From the IMG/VR virus record IMGVR_UViG_3300036444_000012, positions 1 through 50,793 of that record: 50,793 nucleotides of DNA, one strand, 5' to 3'. A model generated the notes under the pieces. It was given only the letters and a program-made list of their open reading frames with translations. It made no database searches and had not been told where the DNA came from. Shown here piece by piece: positions 18,747-26,979 of the stretch. Position 1 is the stretch's first letter. Each line of letters starts with the position of its first letter. The position numbers were made by a program, and so were the translations under genes. This stretch comes from a virus (Duplodnaviria > Caudoviricetes).

Positions 18747-19130
18747 CTATCGAGCAATGATTGTGGAGGCAGCGAGCTGCGTAAGCTTGGCCGCCTTCTT
18801 GGTGCTGTCGTTGACCGAAGCGTCAAAGATCAGCATCGGTGTCTTCACTTCGGCCACGCGCTTGATGACAACCGCTTCCACATCGGCGCTCGTGGCGTCG
18901 ACTTCGTAGGCGAGCAAGGCCGTTGCGGTTTCAGCGCCTTCCTTACCGACCACTTGGGCGGCGGGAGAGCCGACATATTTCTTCGAAGCAGTAATCTGCC
19001 CGAGAAGCGTGCCCGGCTCGAGCTTGCCGGCGCCGGATGCGATGGTGACGACCTCGCGCGAGATCATGCCGTTGCCTTCCGAAAGCACGAAGGCCAGCGC
19101 GCGCGGGCCCATGGTCTTGGTGTCCAGCAT
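18747..19130 (-). CDS. Head decoration protein (lambda gpD-like)
   Basis: SREVVTIASGAG.LEPGTLLG; precedes capsid. Confidence 0.9.
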   Translation of the reverse strand: MLDTKTMGPRALAFVLSEGNGMISREVVTIASGAGKLEPGTLLGQITASKKYVGSPAAQVVGKEGAETATALLAYEVDATSADVEAVVIKRVAEVKTPMLIFDASVNDSTKKAAKLTQLAASTIIAR

Positions 19131-19142
19131 GGGACAGCCCTC

Positions 19143-19550
19143 CTACTTGCCGGCACGCCGCGATGCATAGATCGCGTTCGTGTCGATGGTTGCCTTCTTC
19201 GACTGCTTTGGCGCCGGCTGGGACAGCCCTGCAGCCGCCAAGCGCGAGGCCTCATAGCCCTTCGCGTCCGTGTCTTCGGCTTTTGCGACGCCGCTGACAT
19301 TGCTGACAACGAATGCCGCCACGTCCTCGCCGGACATGCCCGGCGATTTCTGAGCCAGGTCGAGGGCCGCAGCCATTCGGCTGGCATCCCCCTTGACGCC
19401 TTCGGCGCCAAGCGCTGCGACAAGCCGATCGGTCGCCGTCTTGGCGCCTTCAGCCCGTCCCGTTTCCGTGGCCGCCTTCACGGCCGCGTCATGCTCGGTC
19501 TTCGAAATGCCCGCATCTTCGGCGGCGGGCGCGCCGCTGGTCTCGCTCAT
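19143..19550 (-). CDS. Nested scaffold protein (Nu3-like) from an internal start
   Basis: In-frame ATG 19550 preceded by CAGGAG; Ala/Glu-rich product. Confidence 0.75.
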   Translation of the reverse strand: MSETSGAPAAEDAGISKTEHDAAVKAATETGRAEGAKTATDRLVAALGAEGVKGDASRMAAALDLAQKSPGMSGEDVAAFVVSNVSGVAKAEDTDAKGYEASRLAAAGLSQPAPKQSKKATIDTNAIYASRRAGK

Positions 19551-20453
19551 GGATGATCTCCTGTTTTGCGAGGTGGAGCGCCCGCCTTTCGGCGTGGTGG
19601 CGCGGGAGAGTTCGGCAAGGACGCTCTCGAAGCTGCCGACGCGATCGGCGATGCCTGCGTCGACTGCAGCCTTGCCAATGAAAGTGCGCGCTTCCGTCTT
19701 ACGCGCCGCGGCAGCGGTCAGCCTGTTCCCGCGCCCCTTCGCCACGGTAGCGAGGAAGGCGTCATAGAAGGCGTTGACCTCTGCCTGGAGATCGTCCCGT
19801 ACATCGGCCGAGAGCGGCTCGAACGGATTGCCGTCAACCTTGTGGGCGCCAGCGTGGATCAATGTCGGTGTGATCCCTTCGCGATCCAGCTGCCTGCTGA
19901 AATCGGCATGCAGGAGAACGACGCCGATCGATCCGGAAATGCCTGTTTCAGTCGTGACAATCTCCGTCGCCCCAGATGTAATTGCATAAGCCGCACTTGC
20001 GGCCATGCCGTTGACGACAGCAATCGTGCGTTTCACCGCCGCCAGTTCACGCACCAGTGCTGCAACCTCAAAGGCCCCGACGGCTTCGCCGCCAGGCGAG
20101 TGCATGTCGAGGATGACAGACTGAACTGCCGGATCGGCCTGGGCCGACTTGATTTGGAAGCTGATGCCCTCATAGCTGGTCAAGCCGGAAGACGCGCCAA
20201 CCCATGCACCACGGTTCACCAGGGATCCAGTGATCGTGATGATGCCGACACCCTCACGCGTGACACGGTAGGGAACGGCCCTTCGAGCACCGTTTTCGTC
20301 CTCGACAACAGAGGATCCTTCGAAGCGGCTGGCGTCCGGAGCATTGACGCCGATACGCCCTGCAAGCACGGAAAGAACCACCTGCGCCTTGTCGCGCGTG
20401 ACAAGAAGCGGCCGGTTCAACACCCGGTCGGCGATATGGATCAACGATGTCAT
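19143..20453 (-). CDS. Prohead protease, S49 family (lambda gpC-like)
   Basis: LDMHSPGG, MAASAAY, GSIGV, GAHKVDGNP. Confidence 0.95.
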   Translation of the reverse strand: MTSLIHIADRVLNRPLLVTRDKAQVVLSVLAGRIGVNAPDASRFEGSSVVEDENGARRAVPYRVTREGVGIITITGSLVNRGAWVGASSGLTSYEGISFQIKSAQADPAVQSVILDMHSPGGEAVGAFEVAALVRELAAVKRTIAVVNGMAASAAYAITSGATEIVTTETGISGSIGVVLLHADFSRQLDREGITPTLIHAGAHKVDGNPFEPLSADVRDDLQAEVNAFYDAFLATVAKGRGNRLTAAAARKTEARTFIGKAAVDAGIADRVGSFESVLAELSRATTPKGGRSTSQNRRSSMSETSGAPAAEDAGISKTEHDAAVKAATETGRAEGAKTATDRLVAALGAEGVKGDASRMAAALDLAQKSPGMSGEDVAAFVVSNVSGVAKAEDTDAKGYEASRLAAAGLSQPAPKQSKKATIDTNAIYASRRAGK

Positions 20454-20460
20454 GATCTTC

Positions 20461-20727
20461 CTAGCGGACGAACCGCATCCTCTTTGCGTACCGCACGCGG
20501 CGACCAGATTGGTTCGCTGCGCACTTCCCTTCGTAGTACGCGATCAGATCCCGAAGGGACTTGAGGTTTGCCTGCGACCACTGGACTTCATCCGAGCCGA
20601 AGCGTGTCATGGAGACCGCGCCGCCGGTCGCCACCATCAATTCGACCTTCCGCAGTTCCTTGGCCACAGCACACGGATCGTCGATGTCGACCGTGACGCC
20701 ATTGATGACGACGTCGCCGGCAGCCAT
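20461..20727 (-). CDS. Head-tail joining protein (lambda gpW-like)
   Basis: Small protein with ANLKSLRDLIAYYE and basic C-terminus; adjacent to portal. Confidence 0.7.
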   Translation of the reverse strand: MAAGDVVINGVTVDIDDPCAVAKELRKVELMVATGGAVSMTRFGSDEVQWSQANLKSLRDLIAYYEGKCAANQSGRRVRYAKRMRFVR

Positions 20728-22355
20728 CAGGCGTTTTCCTTCTTCTTCGATCCGCCCTCGGATGGAATGACAGCATCGTCCTTTCCGGCACCTGGATTGC
20801 GCTCAAAGGGCGAAGGCATGTCGGCATCCTTGTATCGCTTGTGCCAATATTGGCGGCGGGCGAAGACCTCTTCCGCATCGGCACCGATCTCGGCGCACTC
20901 CATGTCGAGTGTGGACGTTCCGTTCAGCAAACGCTCGCTGGCGGCCTTCGCACTCTTCTGGTCATCGGCAGTAGCCTTTGCTGGCCCCTGCCAGTTCGCC
21001 CACAACACCTTGTCTCGGTTGGCGGCAAATGCGGCATAGCCGCCCTTGAAAGGAATGCGGCCAGTTCCGATCGCCTCATCCACGCGATGCTCGAAAGCAA
21101 GCTGACTGATCGGCGATGCAACACGATCACGGCGACGCGTCACCACCGGATAGAGGGATGCGCCCTCCATGCGGGTCGAGGAATATGTCGCCCCCTCATA
21201 ATTCATCGTATAGGAGGCGACGCTGATGCCTATCGCTCGCGCCATACCACGCTGCAGTTCCTGCGAAACCGGCAAGAACTGTGGACCGGGAATGCCCGTC
21301 GCCATGAGGTCGAGCTTCTCGCCTGGTGCGAGATGAGTAACTTTCGGATCGCTGCCAACCGAAATCTCGCTCTCGGCGGCCTTATCCATGACAGCAAGGA
21401 AATAGTCGCGGAATGAATTTCGCAGCTCCTTGTCGTCCTGGTTCTCCCCCAGTGCTTCCATCGCTTCGAAGGCTTCAGCCGATGGCTTTTCGCTGGTCAA
21501 AACCTGCGCAAACACGGTCTGCAGGATTTGAGCCTGGATCGTCGTGTCGACCAGGATTTCCCATTGCAGATACTCGCGGAATGCAGTGACCAGCCGCGAA
21601 ATGCCCCGAACATCATTGCTGTCGACCGGATCGAAGACATGAGCGACCATCTGGCGCCCCTGAGCGTCATAGGCCCGGTGATCGCGTTTGACGATGAAGC
21701 CGGTCTCCCTCTCGGCGAGCCGATAGGCGACTGGTCTGCCGATTTCATCGTGTATGACGCCCTGGAACAGGCCCTCCATCTCGCTCGTGTCCTGCACCAG
21801 CGCAGTCGGTGTGGTAAGGCAAACTTTTGTGCCGGACGAGATTCCATACCGACGACGAAGGCCAGCGGGCATATAATCCATCAAGGAAAGCGCTTCGCCG
21901 TAGACGACATCGTGCCGAATGGCGATGTCGACAGTCTGCGGTACCGTGAACTTGCCTTTCAGGTCGCACTCACGCGCATTCCAGGACCAATGCTTCCACT
22001 CAGCTTTGAGCAAGCTGATGAACTCGTTCGTCTCCTTCGGGTCATACCCAAGCTTCGCCAAGTCGGGCAGCGGGTTCAGGATCAACTCAACACCGACAGT
22101 GTCCGCGATCACCTGATCAACCGCGCCGCGCAGGCGACCGGAATTCTGGATGATATCCATCGCCAAGCCAGCTGCGCGCCGCCAAGCAATGCGAACGTCC
22201 TCACGATGGTCGCGCAAGCCAGTCGTTCCACGTGTGGACAGGATCCTCGATCGACTGTCACGCAGGTAGCTAGTGGACGGCGCAGGACGGCTTGGAACTG
22301 TGGCGGGCACAGTTATGCTTCCAGCCTTCACCCTGATACGCGGCTTTTCGCTCAT
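20727..22355 (-). CDS. Portal protein, lambda family
   Basis: VRGISRL; ATYSSTRM; SERLLNG.STL..ECAE.G.D; ATGA overlap with terminase. Confidence 0.93.
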   Translation of the reverse strand: MSEKPRIRVKAGSITVPATVPSRPAPSTSYLRDSRSRILSTRGTTGLRDHREDVRIAWRRAAGLAMDIIQNSGRLRGAVDQVIADTVGVELILNPLPDLAKLGYDPKETNEFISLLKAEWKHWSWNARECDLKGKFTVPQTVDIAIRHDVVYGEALSLMDYMPAGLRRRYGISSGTKVCLTTPTALVQDTSEMEGLFQGVIHDEIGRPVAYRLAERETGFIVKRDHRAYDAQGRQMVAHVFDPVDSNDVRGISRLVTAFREYLQWEILVDTTIQAQILQTVFAQVLTSEKPSAEAFEAMEALGENQDDKELRNSFRDYFLAVMDKAAESEISVGSDPKVTHLAPGEKLDLMATGIPGPQFLPVSQELQRGMARAIGISVASYTMNYEGATYSSTRMEGASLYPVVTRRRDRVASPISQLAFEHRVDEAIGTGRIPFKGGYAAFAANRDKVLWANWQGPAKATADDQKSAKAASERLLNGTSTLDMECAEIGADAEEVFARRQYWHKRYKDADMPSPFERNPGAGKDDAVIPSEGGSKKKENA

Positions 22356-24373
22356 GTCCGCCGTTTCCATTTTTCGCGCCGGGCTTTTGCCCTGTCTGCG
22401 TCACTTTCGGATGCCTGCGCAGCGGCCGGCTTTTGTTTACTATCCTGCCGCGGCACCGTGCCCTGCCGGAGCGCTGACAACAGGTCGTTTTCCTCGGAAG
22501 GCCGGAGCCTCCGTCGCAACTCGGCCCAGTCGTCGGCCCGGTTTGTCGAAAGACCCAGTTTCTCCGCCATCGCCATGGCGTAGATGTGAGTGTCGAGACA
22601 GTGGTTATCCGGACGCAAACGCTTCCATTCCTCATGGAAGCGGCCACGCTTGACCTCTGTCACGAACGCCTCGGCCGTGATCTGCAGGAAGTACTCCTTC
22701 GGAAGGAAGTCTCCGAAATGCACATAACCTGGCGGATCGTTCGGCTCGCCGGAGCGAAGCCCGGGCTTGTGCAGATTGGCGAACAGTTCCGACTTTAAGC
22801 CCCAGGTGCCGACCGGCCACATCATGGCGCTGCCGAAACGCTTGCGCTTGCCTCGCTTGGTGACTGACTTCTTCCCCGGCAGGCCGATCGCTGGAACACC
22901 ACGCCCGCCGACACCTTGTACAGCATAGGTGTCGGGCCGACGCCGGCACCATTCGAGCACCTGGTTCGTACGGCCGCCGTCGCCGCCGTCCACGGCCATT
23001 GCTTCGATCCGCCTCTGCCCGCCAAAGGCATCGTCGATCGGCTTGAGCAGGAATTCATCCAGCTTAGGCCAAGCACCCTCGCCGGGATGATCGGTCGTAC
23101 CTTCGAAGAAGCGTACGCCAAGCACCCAGCTTTGCCGATCTTCGCCGAAGGCGACAACCTCGCACCAAATGCCGTTATGCTGTACGTCGGCGCCGGCAAC
23201 GAGGATCAGCCCTTCTGCCGGAATCCGCAATTCGACGAACGGCTCCCGGCGCTCCATGAGACGCTCGTACTCCGGAGCGTTCCCCTTTTCCTTCGCCGGG
23301 AGGCCAAGAACAAGGTTGTAGACGCCCTTTTCTCCGAGCCCACCGGGCTTGGCATGAGCCAGCACATCCTCTGCGATGGCTTCGTAGCTCATCATCAGAG
23401 AATCAAACGCATCCACATGGAAGCCCGGGTGGCGATCCGGTCCCTGCATCGTCGCAACATAACGACCATGCCGCACGCCAACGACACGCTCAGCCTCGCT
23501 GATCACGTGTCCGCATGACGGACATCCATAGAAGCTCTTGTGCGGATGCAGGCGATCGAGATGGAAACCCTCGTACACCTGCTTGAACTCGTGGCCGCAT
23601 TCCACGCAGGCGATATTCCAGAACCGCTGGTCGGACCGCCGAAACGATCGGTCGATGCGGCAATGACCTGGACCATCGCCCAGTTCGTCGCCTGTGTCGA
23701 TTTCCGGCGTTGACAGTTCGAATATCTTGAACGACTTCGTACGCCGGAACGCCGTGAAACGTCCGAAGAACAACGTCTCAGGATCGTCGCCGTTGAGGTG
23801 CGTCTGCCATTTCGAGACCTCGTCCTTGACACCATAACGGGTCGTTTTGCCCGACAAGTCGGTCGCGACGTTCGCATTTGCGAGCATCAGCGAGCCGCCG
23901 GCGAAACGCTTCTCGTAGATGGTTGAACCCGCGCCAGACCGGCTGACGGCGGGAAAGATCACCTGCTTGCCAGTTTCTGCCTGCCAGGCCTCGATCAGAG
24001 GCTGCAGCTTCTGGCTGTTCATATCCTGCAAGAAGTCGATCGAAGGCAAGCCATATATCGTGTTGTCCGGCGCCGTGTCCGCAATGTAGAGCGACCACGC
24101 CAGCGCAAGGATCGAAACGCCAGTCTGCTGCGACTTCCTGACCGTCACCAGGTTGCAGGGATGATCGAGCGATAGGCAGTCAGAGATCTCGCCGAGGTAT
24201 GGCGCATCCTCGAGCGCCCACAACTCTCCTTTCTTCGGCCCGTCGACCAGCACGATGTTGGCTGGCAACCAGTTGCGAAACCGCAACGGCGGCTTCGGCC
24301 TGATTGCCTCCGACAGAGCCAGCGATACCAGTCTGAGCGCGCCGGGATGTCCCGGGCTGACATGAACCGTCAC
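22352..24373 (-). CDS. Terminase large subunit, lambda GpA family
   Basis: KSQQTG.S, KDEVS, STP, CxxC...CxxC, AGADVQ, NHCLD. Confidence 0.96.
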   Translation of the reverse strand: MTVHVSPGHPGALRLVSLALSEAIRPKPPLRFRNWLPANIVLVDGPKKGELWALEDAPYLGEISDCLSLDHPCNLVTVRKSQQTGVSILALAWSLYIADTAPDNTIYGLPSIDFLQDMNSQKLQPLIEAWQAETGKQVIFPAVSRSGAGSTIYEKRFAGGSLMLANANVATDLSGKTTRYGVKDEVSKWQTHLNGDDPETLFFGRFTAFRRTKSFKIFELSTPEIDTGDELGDGPGHCRIDRSFRRSDQRFWNIACVECGHEFKQVYEGFHLDRLHPHKSFYGCPSCGHVISEAERVVGVRHGRYVATMQGPDRHPGFHVDAFDSLMMSYEAIAEDVLAHAKPGGLGEKGVYNLVLGLPAKEKGNAPEYERLMERREPFVELRIPAEGLILVAGADVQHNGIWCEVVAFGEDRQSWVLGVRFFEGTTDHPGEGAWPKLDEFLLKPIDDAFGGQRRIEAMAVDGGDGGRTNQVLEWCRRRPDTYAVQGVGGRGVPAIGLPGKKSVTKRGKRKRFGSAMMWPVGTWGLKSELFANLHKPGLRSGEPNDPPGYVHFGDFLPKEYFLQITAEAFVTEVKRGRFHEEWKRLRPDNHCLDTHIYAMAMAEKLGLSTNRADDWAELRRRLRPSEENDLLSALRQGTVPRQDSKQKPAAAQASESDADRAKARREKWKRRT

Positions 24374-24951
24374 AGCTCTTCGTCCTCAAGAGCTTCGTCG
24401 GTCTCTGCCGCCGTCGTGACGATGGTCGCAAGCATGTCAGCGATCTCGTTGTTGAGACCGAAAGAAATCTCTCGCAACAGCACGCGCAGACCGTGAGTGC
24501 CCTCTCGCGATACCGCCAGCGCCATATCGTCGGCTTTGTTCTGAAGCCTGGCGATCGTCGCCTGTATCTCGCGTCCGCAGACGATCAATGCGTCCCGCGT
24601 ACGGTCGGCCCGTATCAGCTGGCCCGCTTGCTCCTGTCGCCGGATCTTCTCGCGGGCGACCTTAAGCCAAGCTTCCTGCCGTAGCGCCTCGTCGCGCGAG
24701 GTGCTGGAGTTGACGGGCGTGGAAACCGTCGGCTCCTTGCGCGCCGCAGCGATCTTCTCAGAGCTCGCAAACTCACCGCGATAATGATCGTAGTGTGCCA
24801 GCGAAAACTTCGTGATGCGATCCCGCCCGTCGCGCTCGACCGGAAGATCGTGCTCTTCGACGAAGCGCCGAACCAGCTTGGTTACAGCTTGCTTTGTGAC
24901 GCCGTCGCGCCCGGCGACCTCTGCCGGTGTCGCCATGATGTTTTCGCCCAT
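24370..24951 (-). CDS. Terminase small subunit
   Basis: N-terminal HTH (PAEVAGRDGVTKQAVTK), coiled coil; directly upstream of TerL. Confidence 0.85.
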   Translation of the reverse strand: MGENIMATPAEVAGRDGVTKQAVTKLVRRFVEEHDLPVERDGRDRITKFSLAHYDHYRGEFASSEKIAAARKEPTVSTPVNSSTSRDEALRQEAWLKVAREKIRRQEQAGQLIRADRTRDALIVCGREIQATIARLQNKADDMALAVSREGTHGLRVLLREISFGLNNEIADMLATIVTTAAETDEALEDEEL

Positions 24952-24953
24952 CG

Positions 24954-25069
24954 TGACAACTTCCGAAACGGTTCTGACAACCCTGACAACCCAACTTTTC
25001 CAGCGGTGAGACTGGTAGGAATCCGGGCCGTACCCACGCCGCCAGGGCAAGGGAGAAGCATACGGTCCC
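24954..25069 (-). other. Putative cos packaging region
   Basis: Intergenic region upstream of TerS; cosQ-like GGGACCG (25069-25063); three TGACAAC repeats (24954, 24975, 24984). Confidence 0.5.
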
Positions 25070-25088
25070 TATGGCCGGGGGTAGCGTG

Positions 25089-25655
25089 TCACGGCATGAT
25101 GCGGGCAAGCTCGTGCTCAACCCTCTTGAGTACGACGATGTGAGCAGTCCTTTCGAAGGCTGCTGCAGTCGCGCCCGTCACCATTTCCTGCGGAATGATG
25201 ACGCCAGACTTCTGGATGGAGATCGGGAAACGATCCGACCCGACCCTCTTCACCACATGGCCATGGAACACGCCGCCATGCCGGTTAGGAAACAAGCCAC
25301 CCTTCATGAAGGTTGAAGGAAACACCTGCCGCTTACCGAATGGCGCTGCGCTCACACCTGCACGCGTCTCGCGTGGGCTGAAGTACTTGAGCGCAATGTC
25401 GCCGCCCGACGCGGACATTTCGTAAGTCAGTTCGGTGAAACTCGGTCGCTTCACCTTGACAGCACGGACGATGATGTTGCGTTTCAAGCCGGTCTGTTTG
25501 GTGAGCGCACGATAGACCTGCGTCCTGACCATGTCGCCACCACGTGCGAGCGCTCGCTGCATCACCTTACGACTATCATCGCCCAATGACTTGATGGCAT
25601 TGTCGAAGCGGTTCAGGCCTCGAATATCCTGCCAGCGAACCACGATGGCAGACAT
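25089..25655 (-). CDS. Minor tail protein Z-like protein
   Basis: RALARGG..VRTQ..RALTKQTGLK; basic; VEHELAR C-terminus. Confidence 0.7.
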   Translation of the reverse strand: MSAIVVRWQDIRGLNRFDNAIKSLGDDSRKVMQRALARGGDMVRTQVYRALTKQTGLKRNIIVRAVKVKRPSFTELTYEMSASGGDIALKYFSPRETRAGVSAAPFGKRQVFPSTFMKGGLFPNRHGGVFHGHVVKRVGSDRFPISIQKSGVIIPQEMVTGATAAAFERTAHIVVLKRVEHELARIMP

Positions 25656-25700
25656 GCGATGCTCCCATTACAGGAGCGCAGTCATGACCGCCTCCCAATG

Positions 25701-25731
25701 AAAAACCCGCCTCGGCTTCCCGGGCGGGTTT
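25701..25731 (-). terminator. tR'-like terminator in the late leader
   Basis: AAACCCGCC/GGCGGGTTT stem with T5 run on the minus strand. Confidence 0.8.
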
Positions 25732-25753
25732 GATCTACTTCTTCGCACGTTCA

Positions 25754-25783
25754 GATGTATGTCAACTTTCTGCCGCACGTCAA
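25754..25783 (-). promoter_or_regulatory. Putative late promoter (pR'-like)
   Basis: TTGACG-18-TACATC; second TTGACA at 25765-25760; CGCACGT repeated 30 bp apart. Confidence 0.55.
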
Positions 25784-25791
25784 CAGTGCCG

Positions 25792-26616
25792 CTAAAATAA
25801 TTTCGAACGCGCCGCAATGGCCTCGAGCCTGACGCCACCAACATCACGCGTAAGCCATGGCGTCATGGATTTGTCAGTCGGAACGATCCTATGTGACACC
25901 ATGTGCGGCGCGACTTCGCGCTCCAGCACTCGAAGCGCCGCCACCCACAGCTGCCAATCGAGACGCGCTAGAATGTCGCCTGTCGGATCAGTGGAAAATT
26001 CGTATTTCCGATACGCACCCCTTGCCGGCCGGCCCGAGCGTGCGTTGTAGCCATCCACCTCGATGTCATAGGTCTGCCCGAGATCGTCGGTCTTACGCTT
26101 CATGATGAACCATGCTGGCCGCCCTGCCCGCTGGATCATGCGGATATGTGAAGGCTCAGCATCCCATGCCGGTTCACGCCCCAACACCGCAGTGCCAACA
26201 ACCAGGCTGACCATATGCGCCCGCCGCCGTGTTGCAGATCGAAGCATGAAGAGCTCGACAGCTTTCGACACTGCCGACGAAACCAGATCGCCATAACCTG
26301 GATGGTCGCCTTCCCAGTCCGCGAGCGCGTTCCATCCGGACGGAACAACAATATCCCGCAACGCCAGATCGGTCACTGCCTGCCCTACCGCTAAAGCATC
26401 ATCGTGCGGCTCGCCCTGCTCGAAATAAGCGCCACTGCCGCGATCAACGTCTACCATGGTCATTAACTCGGCAAAGGCCGTCACCTTGCCCCATGACGAC
26501 GCCTGCAGCATCCGCCAAGCGGAATTGACGTTGTCGAGACCATCCACGCCGCCGCCTTTCGGCAGTTCGTGGACAAAAGCCCAAGTCAAAAGCTCTTCAA
26601 TCGTCACGGTTTTCAT
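25792..26616 (-). CDS. Putative late-gene regulator/antiterminator (Q position)
   Basis: Last early gene, directly followed by promoter plus terminator; no recognised Q motif. Confidence 0.6.
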   Translation of the reverse strand: MKTVTIEELLTWAFVHELPKGGGVDGLDNVNSAWRMLQASSWGKVTAFAELMTMVDVDRGSGAYFEQGEPHDDALAVGQAVTDLALRDIVVPSGWNALADWEGDHPGYGDLVSSAVSKAVELFMLRSATRRRAHMVSLVVGTAVLGREPAWDAEPSHIRMIQRAGRPAWFIMKRKTDDLGQTYDIEVDGYNARSGRPARGAYRKYEFSTDPTGDILARLDWQLWVAALRVLEREVAPHMVSHRIVPTDKSMTPWLTRDVGGVRLEAIAARSKLF

Positions 26617-26640
26617 AGTTTCAGCCTCGATTTCCTTCGA

Positions 26641-26947
26641 TTTGCACCGTTTCGCACCATTCCAACACCAATCAGCACACTATTTTGCACCAATTTTTAT
26701 CATTTAATAACAATGACTTGCACCAATTCTCACCTTTTCAAGTAAGCGCATACGCATGAGATTTTTTAAGTCCGCCGCTAGAAGCGGACACCCCAACTCC
26801 CCCATTTTCGCGCGCCTATATGTGCGCGTGAAATGGTGCAAAATGGTGCAAGTCTTTGATTTTCCTCCCCAAACCCCTCCTTTTAGAAGGGTGCAGGCAT
26901 CCCTGCAAAACGGTGCAAATCCCTGCGAAACTGCACCCTGCCGCACC
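26641..26947. repeat. Iteron array, putative replication origin
   Basis: TTGCACC-like units at 26642, 26652, 26663, 26673, 26685, 26718, 26728; inverted GGTGCA(A/G) at 26835, 26845, 26890, 26912; AT-rich stretch; downstream of primase/helicase. Confidence 0.75.
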
Positions 26948-26979
26948 GATTGAACGTTGTTCTGATGGGGTTGCGGGGA

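Noticed and set aside
17517-19556. 679-aa + strand ORF
   Set aside because: Antisense shadow of capsid, decoration and scaffold genes, expected with strong GC3 bias
26641-26947. Short repeats as a CRISPR array; small ORFs in this gap
   Set aside because: Units are 7-10 bp without unique 30-bp spacers and there are no cas genes; the ORFs lack RBS and coding bias
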